Below, in pieces: positions 26,268 to 39,911 of a stretch of DNA of 64,000 nucleotides. The DNA is taken from NCBI RefSeq assembly GCF_006345805.1, contig NC_043017.1:27652001-27716000 (forward strand), given 5' to 3'. Source of the stretch: Octopus sinensis. Lineage: Eukaryota. The position numbers and the translations under genes are program-made. The notes beneath the pieces are model-generated. The model ran no database searches. It was not told where the DNA came from and saw only the letters and a program-made list of their open reading frames with translations. How positions within the stretch are numbered: the stretch's first letter is position 1; each line of letters opens with the position of its first letter.

Positions 26268-26520
26268 GAATCCGTCGGTTACGACGACGTGGGTCCAAGA
26301 AGATACGATCAACGGAACAGCATGCTCGTGAAATTAGCGTGCAAGTGCCTGATCAATCCACAGACAGGTGTACCCCTAACGTAGGTCTCAGGGAGATTCA
26401 GCGTGACGCGCAGTTTGACAAGGCTGGCCCTTTGAAATACCGGTACTACTCATTTTTGCCAGCGCTGAATGGACTGGAGCAACGTGAAATAAAGTATCTT
26501 GCTCAAGGACACAAATCGTA
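26265..26520 (-). mobile_element. SINE, body-2 + tail-1 type, head decayed
   Basis: Minus strand: ttgagcaagatactttatttcacgttgctccagtcc...gcaaaaatgagt then tatttcaaagggccagccttgtca...gtcgtcgtaaccgacgg. Confidence 0.85.
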
Positions 26521-27062
26521 GCGAAGAAAATCCTTCGCATTGCAGGTAAAATATAGAGGTTGAGAGAAGGATACGAAAATAGAGACTGATAGCCAGAGAG
26601 ATAACGAAAGAGATGGTTAGACTATGAGAAAGATGAACAGAAGGAGACAGACAGTTTGAGAGTGCTAAATAACTCTGGGAGTATAATCTGGGAACAAATA
26701 CTGCAAAATATTTTATTCGATGCCGTAACTCTCAGCCATTTTGATGTCATGAGGAATATTTGAAGGATCTTGGGAATAAGAAGTTCGCTAGCGGTCCCCA
26801 GCCGCAAGTATATCCTCGTTGGGAGAACGTCTTGTTTGCCTTAGATTTTCCACAGACGCAGGGACAGGACGGGTTGAAGCTGTCGGTTGCCGGATCAGAC
26901 GCTTCTGTTAGCCGGGTGAGGCCCTGATATCGCTGGGTGTCAGAACAATCTGCCTTGGGTGGCCGTACGAGAAACCGAAGTCTCTGGCCACATAGCTCTT
27001 ACACTCCTGTTTCACCCCCTTACCACGATGAGGTAATATATAATTACACATTATAATTACAA

Positions 27063-27294
27063 AAGGCGGTGAGCTGGCAGAAACGTTAGCACGCCGGGCG
27101 AAATGCGTTGCCGTATTTCGTCTGCCGTTACGTTCTGAGTTCAAATTCCGCCGAGGTCGACTTTGCCTTTCATCCTTTCGGGGTCGATAAATTAAGTACC
27201 AGTTACGCACTGGAGTCGATATAATCGACTTAATCCGTTTGTCTGTCCTTGTTTGTCCCCTCTGTGTTTAGCCCCTTGTGGTTAGTAAAGAAAT
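27063..27294 (+). mobile_element. SINE family B, young
   Basis: Full length; atatataattacacatt at 27036-27052 and 27295-27311. Confidence 0.92.
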
Positions 27295-27489
27295 ATATAT
27301 AATTACACATTTATTGGATGGCCGTTGACTCTCAAGTGTTCCTCCTCCCTTTGTCAGTCATGGTTAGTCATTTTGATGTCATCGTCAAGAAGATGTCTTT
27401 ATATTTTAACTTTTTTTTTATTACAAATGCTTTGAATATTGATTCATACCATGTTTAGCATGGTTGCGAAACTAATTGCTTATGAACTA

Positions 27490-27630
27490 TTAGGTTGTCC
27501 CAAAAGTTCGTGAACACTTGCGAAAATTGAATTTTTACTCGCCAAGTACTAACAAAAACAACAAAACTTATTCCTCAAAATAAAGACCATTATTTTCCAA
27601 GACTTTCTACGAAATTTTGGAACAACCTTA
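27490..27630. mobile_element. 141-bp mariner-type MITE, copy 2
   Basis: Near-identical to 5852-5992, TA on both sides. Confidence 0.85.
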
Positions 27631-30600
27631 TAGTTAAAGATCCAGTGTATGGTTACTCAATTTCCTAAAAGCAACACCAAAAAATTCTTCAGATCATCGC
27701 CTGCAGTTTTAAGTCTTAGAAGTTACAGTCGTGAAAGCAAAAACAGCAGCAGTCGCTTCGAGTGTTTTTTGTTTGTTTGTTTTTAAGATTTATCACTGCA
27801 TAACTAGTAAAAGTAATACATTAGTACGAATGGGACTAGTTAGTTCATACACTAATATAAGTACTTTTGGTAGTGAGAAATGATGGTGATGATGACGTGA
27901 AAATATATGTCAACACATTTGTACGTATTTGTTAGGGTTGCTTTTAAACATTTCTTCTTCGTTCTTGACAGCAATGTAACGCATGCGTGTTGAGATAAGC
28001 ACCACGGGTGAGACAGTAAATCGTTAACATATGTCAGATTTTACATCCTGTTGCGTTACTCCCGTTCAAAGTGCAACACATTTGCACAGTTTCTGTTTTA
28101 CAGAAAAAAAGATCATAGTGACGTTTTCAGCAGCCACCTCCGAGGTAATTTGTGAAAGCGGTTGGTTAATTTAAGATGAAGGAAATCCGAATTTGTTGTC
28201 CAATGATCCGAGTCAAATACTTGGGTTTCGTTTCTAAATATAATTATTTTGAATTTCCTATGGTTGTTGTTGACGTTGCTGCTGCTTTTGTCGTTTGATG
28301 ATGATGCTGATACTGCTGTTGTTTCGATTCAGGTCAGCCGTTCTCCGGTAAAGCCGATGCATATTACCAACTATAACAGTCTTGCATTTTTTATTTCGTG
28401 TTTATGAATCACTTTTATATAACCTTCTTAATTTGCAAGACAGTATACTTTGATTTCTGAGAATTTAGCTGCATTTTCTAGCAATATAAATCCTCATTCA
28501 CAAACACAATCGTTGAGTAGAATTTGATACTCTTCATTACAAAAGAGTCTTCGTTCCTCTTAGAAGATCCTATAGTTATAGGAAAGTGATGATTAATTAT
28601 TAAATAATAAGCAAATACCAATAGGTAGTCAGAAAGCAAAACGGTTTGCAATCAATTGGAAGGTAGAGCATATTACTCGCATTTTTAATCGACCAAAATT
28701 CGAAATTTCAGTCCATTTTCAAAACACCTTTCACTGAATAGCGTTTTACAAACGACAGCTTTTGCATAAAAATATTTAAAAAAAAAAACATAATTTCAAT
28801 CAAGGCTAATTTTGTGCAGGGATTTCTTTTTCCATGCTTTCTTATAATCTTAAATCTAGCATGTGCGCCTTGTTAGATATAGGATTAATAAAACCATCTT
28901 AAGTTTCTATACAATGTAATAAAGAAGCAACAGTAATAAAGAAGACGAGAAATAATATAATGAGAATATGATTGAGCTTGGCGCGTCGTCAGCCATATTG
29001 ACTCGTTATAAATAATAACCTAACCTATTCATAGTTTATATATGGATAAGTTCTGTGTAAAATTTCAATGTGTTTTAAATATCTCTTTTATAACGTCAAT
29101 CTCTACCGATTCACATCCAAACGGAACTTGATATTCGTTAAACAATTTTTATCTCGCAAGCACACAAAGGGCGCCACCGTACAGGTTAGAAAATTTTAAT
29201 ATATACACATAGCTAGAAATAAAAACGTAAAGACTTTTCTTTTAGCACTCTGTCATAGGAAGATGTAAACCATGTGTTGTCTTACCCACGATGTCTTACT
29301 CAAATTAAACTCCAAATGAGTGTGTTAATTCTGTTGTCTGTCTTCATCCCTCACTACAAATTTTGGCAAAAGTCAAGATTGGCGTGTATGCGTCACCCAC
29401 TGGCAAAGGAGATGTATGTTATGATCGTCTTACTGAAGAAAATAAGTGTTCGTTAATATGTAGGACACGTATATGGAAGTTACATAGCTTAAGGTACACA
29501 AAAATTCAGAATAAACAAAATGAATTTTTCTTCTTAGCATTAGAATTTCTTCTGACATCAGCTGTTTGATTGAAGGTTTCAGTCAGTATTTTGCAGATGC
29601 TTTAAGTTAGTTCTTTAACCTTTCAATTTTCCCTCCTCATTTCGTACATTTCCAGCAAGATGTCACAAACACATTGGATCTACAAGTGCTGCGTATACGT
29701 TCTGTTTAATTTAATTATCATTTTCCTTTTAAAGCCTTATATCATCCAATTATGATATTACAACATAAAAACTGCTCCATTAAAATAGGAAAGGATGTTC
29801 TACCTCGGTCTAACCGCAGTTTATATGCCACCACTATCCAACACTTTCAATGGTAGACGTTTATAATGTCACTTTTACAATCAATCCATAAAATATATTC
29901 TTTTACTCGTTCCAGTCATTTGACTAAAACGCGTGCTCCAGCATGGTCGCAGTCAAAGAAATATTTTTTAGCCCCCACGAAAACTAAGAATAGTTCATAG
30001 TATTGAAGATTTAGCGATGTTAGTTTTAGGGGTTTAAATATGTCTTTTTTTTTCTTTTTTTTTTGCATAGCTAATTACAATTATGACCAAACTTGGTGCT
30101 TCAGCAATCACCGTAAAATGTTCAAGTTTATACAGTGGAAGTGAGATTAAAAGGAATAATTCACTGATGGCTGTCCACGAATTCTTTCAAAGTTCGAAGA
30201 ATAAGAATCTGCATGTAGTTTCAGATTGAACGAATCCTTAAAGTAACAACTTCAAATGTTAGTGTGTGTATGTATGTATGTATGTATGTATGTGTGTGTG
30301 AATTTGATACAACACCCAAAAAACACACGTAACGCAAAACACACAAACACACGCACATACACACACGCACAAACACATGCACACACACAAACACACGCAC
30401 ACATACACACACATACGCACACATACATATATATAGATAGATACATGGACTAATACATATGTATGCGTGTGTGTGTATATATATATATATATATGCATAT
30501 ATATACATATGCACATATATACACATACATATACATACATATATACATATATATATTATATATATATATATATAATATATATATATATGCTTCTCTTTGT

Positions 30601-31245
30601 CTCTGTATCACTCCATCTCTCTCTCTATATATATTTACATATATATATATATATATATATAATATATATATTAATATATATATACTGAAACAGATATGCT
30701 TACGAGTTGGAATGAAAGTGATGGTGTTTGCCATACATGCAATGTTAAATTATAGCAGAAAGGCAAGAATAAATGATAGACAATAGACCCGGAAGCGAAT
30801 ACCACACACGCTTTAGCAAAATATGTCACAACCATACGTTTCTGTTCTTCATACTCTTTGACTTATAATGTATTTCGTGCACATTCGATATTTTCCTTTT
30901 CTCAAATTCATCATTCCTTTTTTCCACACACACACACATACATACACACACTCATATATATGCATACACGAATATATATATATATATAACGAAATTCTGA
31001 AAGCAGCATGGAACCGATACGAAGATAGCACTTAAAATATGAAAATTGTTAAGATTCATATACGAAATTGCACGCTTTTCCAGCTACTAAATTTACATAC
31101 ACATTACGTAACAAAAATATTCGGTCTGAAATTTTAAAGAACAACAGTTGTAAACGAAAGTATGAGCGAACAAAAATCACGTTTAACGTACATATTCGTT
31201 CGAATAATATAATGTTATTTATGTATATGAGAAGAATATTCATTG

Positions 31246-31345
31246 NNNNNNNNNNNNNNNNNNNNNNNNNNNNNNNNNNNNNNNNNNNNNNNNNNNNNNN
31301 NNNNNNNNNNNNNNNNNNNNNNNNNNNNNNNNNNNNNNNNNNNNN
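31246..31345. other. Assembly gap (100 N)
   Basis: Run of 100 N. Confidence 1.
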
Positions 31346-32482
31346 ATCATCCATCATTGCCATTGTCCTCATCGTCATCATTATAAATACGTTGCAGTTG
31401 CGTGTTACACTGAATGAAATAGCAGATCTCCATATATCCTCTCTTCACATGTGGTATTTCGGTTTTTTTACTTTGGCGGTTTTGTTTTCCTTGTAGTGGA
31501 AATATTCTCTATATATGTTCAGCTCTTATTTCCTCATTTTTTTACAGGGTTATTTGTTTATACATATTTCCAATTATTTTCTACTTTTTTTTTTCTTTTT
31601 GGCTATCATTTCCAAGACATCTAATTAGCGTGTGCACAATTTCTATTTTCCATGCTATGGTTTCGGATACATCTATTTCCAGAAAATACTATGTGAAATC
31701 CATCATAGAGATTGAGCATATCAAAACCATTGTTGTGATTAGATTAATCATATTGCAATTTACTCTTTAGTCAAACAGCTTTGCCTCGGAATATCATTCA
31801 TCGTTTAGATTGCAACGTGGAAAATGGACACGTGAGAAATATTTCTAAGTCAACAAAATGCATGTCTTTTATTTATATTTTTTCTTTCATATTCTTCAAT
31901 TATTTATATTTGGAAAGATTCCGTTTCAGCATATCATGCCTTACCAATGCCATGTGCGATGTTGACTGTTCTTACTTTCATTTCTATTTTACATTATTTA
32001 TTTATTTTGAAACAAATTATCGACCATCGATTTGGAAGCATATTATTAATACGTTCGTTATTTAATTTGTTAATGCCGTTATCATTATTAATACGTATTT
32101 ACTATATTTTTACCATATTCAAAGATTTGTGCTTTTCTTTTTGTTTTAATGCAACTGCTTGTCTTTGAAGTCTACACCAAATTATATATGTTCAAGAAGG
32201 TGGAAAGATATTTTTATCTCGTGTTGCGATGTTTGTTTCATTGTTATAAAATGACTTATAGTCTTAGATGCTGATTATACAGACGAAATCATGTAGATAT
32301 TCATTGTAGCTCAAGTGTGGCTCATAGCATGGCTGAACAGATTTATGATACGAAAGCAAAAACCTGGGCTTGGCACATAAATTTATTTCTACAGATCATC
32401 ACAATGATACGGTCCATACCATAAATTTGTTAGTCCTACTAATTAGAATGTTTTAGGAGATCGTACATCTTGGATACCCTAA

Positions 32483-32786
32483 GTACTCTTTTTACTTTTT
32501 TACTCTTTTACTTGTATCAGTCATTTGACTGCGGCCATGCTGGAAATTAACGTGCAAGTGGCTGAGCACTCCACAGACACGTGTACTCTTAGCGTAGTTC
32601 TCATGGAGATTCAGTGTGACACAGAGTGTGACAAAGCTGGACCTTTGAAATACAAATACTACTCATTTTTACCAGTTGAATGGACTGGAGCAACATGAAA
32701 TAAGGACACAACGCGTCGCCGGGAATTGACCTCACGACCTTACGATCGTGAACCTATTGCCGTAGCCACTAAACCACGCGCCTTCA
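32483..32786 (-). mobile_element. Chimeric SINE: head-2 + body-2 + partial tail-1 joined to a family A 3' tail
   Basis: Minus strand ...ctcagccacttgcacgttaatt|tccagcatggccgcagtcaaatgactgatacaagtaaaagagt. Confidence 0.8.
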
Positions 32787-33234
32787 TATTGCGGTATATA
32801 ATACTGTGCATTAATACCAAACAGTATATAACAGAAGTTCGGGTACTAGATTGAGTATGCCCTTTGTAGAATGTTAAGAGTTTAATTGCTGTATTTGTAA
32901 ACTATAGGAGAATTCAGAGAGCCAAGTGCTGAGCTTTTCTATGATGCACATAGCACTGAGTATCAATCGTAATATTATACTACATTACATAAATCTATGC
33001 TGCTTTCTATCAAAGTTCTATGGAGGAATTAGTACGACGTTGAGAGGACATCTGCAAATTATTTGATGATAGGTCAGAGAGAACGAGGCTGACCTGAAGC
33101 AAAAGAAAAAGCAACAGTAAAAAGCAGAGACAGCAATGAATAAGTACTGTTGCAAATAAAGTTGTGTATTCGTGAAAATCGAGAGACCGGTTATCGATTG
33201 CACTCGGTAGGATTGGAGATGTCTTCAAAATATA

Positions 33235-33342
33235 ATGTACATTGATATTGATATTAAAAGCTTAAACGCTAGAGAATCTAAGCATATATGTATGTTTGTA
33301 TGTGTGTATATATATATATATACATATAATATATATATATAC

Positions 33343-33415
<73 letters not shown>

Positions 33416-33980
33416 CATATATGTATATACATAATATACATTTATATTTATATCATAATATATGTATATACATATATATACATCTATATTTATATCATAA
33501 TATATGCATATACATATATATACATCTATATTTATATCACAATATATGTATGCATATAAATATATGTATGCATATATATATATATATGTATGTGCGTGTG
33601 TGTTCATTATGTATATGTGTGTGTGTGTTTATGTGTGTGTGTGTGTGTGCATGTATGTATGTATATATGTGTGTGTATGAATGTATGTATGTATATATAT
33701 ATGAATATATATATATATATATACATTTATATTTATATCAGAATATATGTATATATATATATATTTATATAGGTAGATAGACAGATGCGTAGATGTCATG
33801 TATATATATATGTATGTATATAAATATACATATAAATATATGTATACATACACGCACACACACGCATATATATTTATACTAGATACACACAAGTACAAAT
33901 GAATATGCGTATGTGCGGTTATGCGTACGTCGCGTATTTGTGTGTGTGTTCGTATGTGTGTGTGTGTGTGTGTGTGCGTG
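33235..33980. repeat. TA/TG microsatellite block
   Basis: Direct reading. Confidence 0.95.
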
Positions 33981-34499
33981 TGTGCAACAATGAAATATGG
34001 ACACTTCTGCTTGAAGATATATCGTGTTTGAAAATAAAAGTGATGATATTGGAATTCTACAAATACACCTGAGATTCTCTTACTTTCCTGATATTAACTT
34101 TTATTAATGCGTAAATTCTGAATATACATTCTCAACTAATGCAGCAGCCGTCTTAATAATTGTAGCGTGGATATTGCAAATTCCTTCGTCGCTTAAAACT
34201 ATTGCTGTTCTTTCAGATCATTGTTATTAATATTGTTGTTAATATTATTATTATTATAACCCAATCTCATTACTAATACAGCCGATGAAATTCAGTTGAT
34301 GCATTTATGCTTTTGCGACCAATATCAACTATAATGACACGAACAATAAAAGCATTGCATTAACACATTTTGATGATTAAGAAATTTCGTTATCTTCAAA
34401 GTTCTAATTAGAACAAGCAGAAATAATATGCAACTATATGAACAAAGCTAGGTAAATTATTGGTGAAGAAGATGATGATGATGACAATTTTGGTGATGA

Positions 34500-35213
34500 T
34501 TTAAAATTTCGATAGGAGGGCAACTATTTTGGGGGAGAGAGGCTAATGTTGATTACATCAACAACCAGGGCTCAGCTGGTACTTATTTTATCGATCCCGA
34601 ATGGATTAAAGCCAAGGGCGACATCGGCAGAATTTGAACTCAGAACCAAGATAAGGTGAAATGACCAAACGAACACCGGTTTTCAAGTGAAAGTGTTGGA
34701 AAAACACGACTAAAATATACATATTGCCACGGACACACACACATATATCTATTTCTTTATTACCCACAATGGACTAAACATAGAAGGGACAAGCAAGGAC
34801 AGGCATAGGTATTAAGTCAATTACATCGACCCCAGTGCGTAATTGGTACTTAATTTATCGACCCCGAATGGATGAAAGCCAAGGTCGACCTGGGCCGAAT
34901 TTGAACTCAGAACGTAAAGACGGACGAAATACTGCTAAGCATTTTGTTCGCCACAGTAATGATTCTGACAGATTTCCGTTATAATAATAATAATATTAAT
35001 GATTCTTTGTACCATAGGCTCAAGGGCTGAATCTTTTGGGGAAGATGCTCGTCGATTTCATCGACCCCAGTGCGTAACTGGTACTTATTTAAGTGACCAC
35101 AAAAAGATGAAAGGCAAAGTCGACCCCGGGGGAATTGCAGCTCAGAACCTAACGACAGACTTAATGCCGCTAAGCATTTTGCCCGGTGTGCTAACGGTTC
35201 TGCCAGCTCACCG
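34500..35213 (-). mobile_element. Three tandem family B SINEs (about 34520-34650 degenerate, 34750-34980, 35000-35213)
   Basis: Repeated ctggtactta..tt.atcga.cc..aa.ggat.aaag.caa blocks; two different tail types. Confidence 0.8.
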
Positions 35214-35630
35214 GCTGAGTAGTAGTAGTAGTGATAATAGTAACAACTACAAGAGCACTCAGAGAGCACAAAAATCCACCAAGGCAACACCAATGTCCAC
35301 ATGTCAAGCGCCAAACTAAATATCAGAATGCGTCTGTCATGACTTTGTCTGATATATTGAGTAGAGTTCACACGACAAAAAAAAAATGCTAATGAAGTGT
35401 ACGCGATGTGAAGTTATATTTAGCTACATCTACCATTTGCGAAGACTTGGAATGAACTGCAGCCGTTGTTATTTCTCGCCTGGCTTTGGAGTTAAGAAAA
35501 AAAAATACTAAACAAGAGAGAATCACTATTATCAGAAATTATGAAGAAGAAGAAGAAAGGACAATGTGTGAGAAAGAAAAACAAAGATCTCATGTATGAC
35601 GGTTCAAATCTTTAATGACGTCATTGGCCT

Positions 35631-35676
<46 letters not shown>

Positions 35677-35680
<4 letters not shown>

Positions 35681-35868
35681 ATCCAAACAAGAAAACAAAA
35701 AAAAAACACAACAACGCGAGGACGTGGAACAAATAAAGTATTATTGGACGCTCTGTATAAAGTATTATTGGACGTTTCGAGCGGAGCTCTTCGTCGAAAA
35801 CATAGGAAGAGGAAAGATCCCGAGAAGGGAAGACAGAGGAAAAAAATACGCAGCGGTACTCACAAGGT

Positions 35869-35870
<2 letters not shown>
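35677..35870 (-). mobile_element. Possible Penelope-like terminal-repeat remnant with decayed hammerhead core
   Basis: Minus strand 35801-35771 reads gttt-tcgacga-a-gagc-tcc-gctc-gaaa-cgtc; flanked by (TA)n on both sides. Confidence 0.4.
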
Positions 35871-35902
<32 letters not shown>

Positions 35903-35910
35903 ATATATAA

Positions 35911-36114
35911 ATTCTGTTGTGTCTGGGGAGAGTCATTCTCTTTTAGTGCCTTATTATTTAACACACTCACCGGTAAAATTTCCACTTATTTCTTATGTTT
36001 ATTTTCTAAAATTTTCGTTGTGTCTTGCAACTTTTTCAATAGTCTTGAGTACCGGTGAGTGTGTTAAATAATAAGGCACTGAAAAAGAATGACTCTCCCC
36101 AGACACAACAGAAT
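35911..36114. repeat. 65-bp near-perfect inverted repeat with 74-bp spacer
   Basis: 35911-35975 (attctgttgtgtctggggagagtcattc...ctcaccggta) is the reverse complement of 36050-36114 with about 2 mismatches. Confidence 0.92.
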
Positions 36115-36747
36115 ATGCTTCAACACACGAACTCATATAAAGAATCTTGCAAACCAAATCCAAAAACGAAATATATATATATATGATATGAAATGGATGC
36201 TAAACGAGGTGCTAAACCAGACGTTCCAAGAATAGGTAACAGGCATTTTAGCATGGAATATCTACCATGCATACACACACACACACACACACACACACAT
36301 ATGTATATGAATTTGTGTGTAAGTGTGAATATTTCTATAGTCTTCTTGTAGTCGATGTAAGTGTCTGCTTTCTATATCGCACCACGTGATTTCTTGGAAT
36401 GATTAGACCCTAAAATTTCAATTGTTTCTCTATGATGTTTTCAATACGATCGATTATTTCATTTATCTTGCTATAATAGTGATAAAATTAAAATAGCTTT
36501 TGAAGTGAAGCCATAAAATAATGATATCGTAAAGTTTACGTAAAATGGAGGATTATAACAATATCAGACAGTATTTTCTATTGTTCTCCTTCTACTTGAT
36601 TTTCTTCTTGTTGTTGCTGTGTCCTACTGTTTTTACTCATGTCTTTGTTCGAAATTTATTGACAAGCGTGAAGCACTCGCGAAAAATAGAATTAATAAAA
36701 ACAAGGTTGCAATACAGAGAATAATAAATGTGCGGCTGTCTAAATAT

Positions 36748-37161
36748 ACTCTCTTTACTCTCTTTTACTCGTTTCAGTCATTTGACTGCGGCCTTGCTGG
36801 AGCACCACCTTAAGTCGAGCAAATCGACTCCAGGACTTATTCTTTGTAAGCCTAGTACTTTTTCGATCGGTCTCTTTTGCCGAAGGGCTAGGATACGGGG
36901 ACGTAAACACACCAGCATCTGTTGTCAAACGATGTTGGGCGGACAAGTACAGACACACAAAGAAACACACAAATACACACACACATATATGTATATATAC
37001 ATATACATATATATATATATATACGACGGGCTTCTATCGGTTTCCGTCTACCAAATCCACTCACAAGGCTTTGGTCGGCCCGAAGCTATAGTAGAAGACA
37101 CGTGCCCAAGGTGCCACGTGGTTGGTAAGCAAGCTATTTACCACACAGCCACTCCTGCGCC
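36748..37161 (-). mobile_element. SINE family A
   Basis: Colinear with family A; short internal deletion in the head. Confidence 0.9.
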
Positions 37162-38380
37162 TATATATGTACGACTCTTTTGAAATAGCAATTTGATTTC
37201 ACTCAAAATTCAGTCTAATATCCATAAAGGAAAAAAAAATGAAATAATATACGATAATTAGAATCCTGTTAAATAGCATCAAAATATATAAGCCAGCTGT
37301 GTCGCTATTGAAATATTTGGTCCGGGGCTAGAAAGTAATGAACACCTCTACACCCATGTAACTCTTTTGTCTACGCCTTTGTATATCATTGGCCCCTTTT
37401 AAATTTGACCTGAATATGTAGTGTTATAATCGACTCAATACAGGTCATCAATTTGGGCTTTTTGTATGACATATACACAAATGCTTCGTGCGTAGGTCGA
37501 AATGAAGGAGATTCGTGCCTACGACGAATTGGAGATTCGTGCGAGCTAGTTAAAACTCATTTTGTTATTGAGTGATCTTGTTATGTTATAGGCAGATTAT
37601 TGTGACGTGCATATGTTTGTTTGTAACGGATCCTATAGTACCGAAATCTAACTATGAAGAATCTGCGTAGAGCTTGTTCTAATATTGAATTTTAAATTCC
37701 TCTACGTAGAATGTAGACTATTCTTATTATTATGTATTTGGATGATATAAAAACGTAACAAGCTTTGATATATATATTTTATATTGCAGATCATAGTCTT
37801 ATATTCACAGTATAGAATATCACCAGATCAGGTGGCTTTACTGTGCACTAAATATAAGTGTTATCATATCTTTGCACACTGATCCCTTCTCTATCAAAAT
37901 ATTGTGACGGATTCGTTAGACAGTTGAGAGGAAAAGTGGGAGAAGTTTTCATAAAAGATTACCTCAAATAAGGATGTCTTGCGACAGAGGAAATAAGTAC
38001 CTGTATCAGTTATTTCTGTTATTGTGTCGTAGTTCAAATATCGTTAATACTTCATACGTTATTTGAAGGCAGCGGACTGGCTCAATAGTTAGTGCTGTTT
38101 GGTCAATCTTTACCTTCTCTATACAAATTCCGCTAGGGTCGAACTTGCCGTTCATCTATTCACAGTCGGTGAAAATAAATACCAGTTGAGTAGTGGTGCC
38201 GATGTACTCTGCCTACACTCTCCTCCAAAACTGCTAACCTTGTACCAAACTTTTCGATGAATACTTAATATTTTATTTTAAATATATAAAATAATAGTGG
38301 TTTTGCAGAAGTTTTAAGGCATCGGAAAATATACCTTGTAGCATTTTTCCTGAACTTTATGAGGCCATCATAATAAACTA

Positions 38381-38640
38381 GGTGGAGGCGCGTGGCTTAG
38401 TGGTTAGGTTTTCAGCATCATGATCGTAAGATTGTGGTTTCGATTCCTGGACCGGGCGACGCGTTGCGTTCTTGAGCAAAACACTTCAATTTACGTTGCT
38501 CCAGTCCACTCAGCTGGCAAAAATGAGTAACGTTGCGATGGACTGGAGTCCCGTCCAGTTGGGGAACACTTACACCATAGAAACCGGGCCCATGATGTTG
38601 GCTATGCTTTAAAAGGGCGCATTTATTTTTTTTATTTATA
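38381..38640 (+). mobile_element. tRNA-derived SINE, head-2 + body-2 + tail-2 (V-SINE-like motifs)
   Basis: ggtggaggcgcgtggcttagtggttagg...tttcgattcctgg; ttgagcaaaacactt...gctccagtccactcagctggcaaaaatgagt; tgcgatggactggagtcccgtccag; taaacta on both flanks. Confidence 0.85.
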
Positions 38641-39646
38641 TTAAACTAGATATCAAATAATAGGGCCGATGCAATTGCCTGACACCTTCCTTTGAACATT
38701 GCTGGAGTTGTACCCTACTTCAAAGCATTCTCATCGATTTCTTATGGGCTCAGCTTATAAACGCACGACGTAGAGGCAGTGAATTGTTGATAATGCTCTC
38801 TGGCGTAAGTATTGTAGAACAACTGTACGGATGAATTAATTGACTGATTGAATATACACTGTTTGATTGATTCTTACGTTTACGTGCCTGGAAAGACGAA
38901 AACCGAAAACATCCATGGCACAATTCGATCTTGGAGCATAAAGAGACCTCGCTAAATACGACTTGTTGATGAAAGCGACTTACCAATTTTGCTAAACGTA
39001 TGGTATGATTTGTAACAATGGAGATAAAGATGAAGAACGGTGATGGAAAAATGCAATTGGTACGGTGATGGTGGTGGTGTTGGTGTTTTTGGATGATGAT
39101 GGTGATGGTAGTCGTGGCTTTGTAGGTGGTTATGGTAGTGGTGTTTTCGTTGTAGTTATTGTCGATGATGATGATTATGATGATGACGATGATGATAATG
39201 GTGATGGTAATGATGAAGATTACGATGACGACGGAAGATAATGGCATATATTTGCAACGGTGGAATGGCAAAATAAGAAACGTGAGAAACAATAACTACG
39301 ATTCGTATTGTTCTTCCTGTTATTGTTGGTGTCTTGTTGTTTGATCGTGTTGTTGTTATTGTAATTCGTTTCACGGTTTTCGAATATTATAGCAAGGATT
39401 CTAGCTTGAGGGAACGAATTAAAACTGGAAATCTTCTTTCCCAAAGCAATTTCAGGAAAATTTGATTTGACATTTTACTGTGGATAACAACAACAACAAC
39501 AATACTCATTATAGTTATTGTTTCTATTATTATTCTTGTTGCTGTTGTTGTAGTTGTTATCGACAGCAAACCAAAAGAGAAAAGAACACAATTTATAATG
39601 GCAATAAACGCAATGGCGTAAAACACAAGCATCAGTTTGACATTTA

Positions 39647-39692
<46 letters not shown>

Positions 39693-39878
39693 ATATAATG
39701 TATGTACATATATATATGTGTATATATATATATACAAATATGTACACATATATACGTATATATAATATATATATTTATATGTATATATATGTTTATATGT
39801 ATATATATATGTTTATATGTAGATATATATGTTTATATGTATATATATGTTTATATGTATATATATATGTTTATATAC

Positions 39879-39911
<33 letters not shown>

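Noticed and set aside
10355-27210. Recurring peptides such as MRNWYL..RPRKDERQSRPRRNLNSER and IDPERMKGKVDLGGI
   Set aside because: They are read-through of family B SINE copies, not a gene family.
33010-33093. Possible minus-strand terminal exon after a strong pyrimidine tract (VSLVLSDL...NSSIEL*)
   Set aside because: No recognisable product and no supporting upstream exons were found.
38754-38804. Possible 51-nt exon LINARRRGSELLIMLSG with GTAAGT donor, reminiscent of TALE homeodomain INARRR
   Set aside because: It lacks the WF residues and the rest of the homeodomain, and the acceptor is weak.
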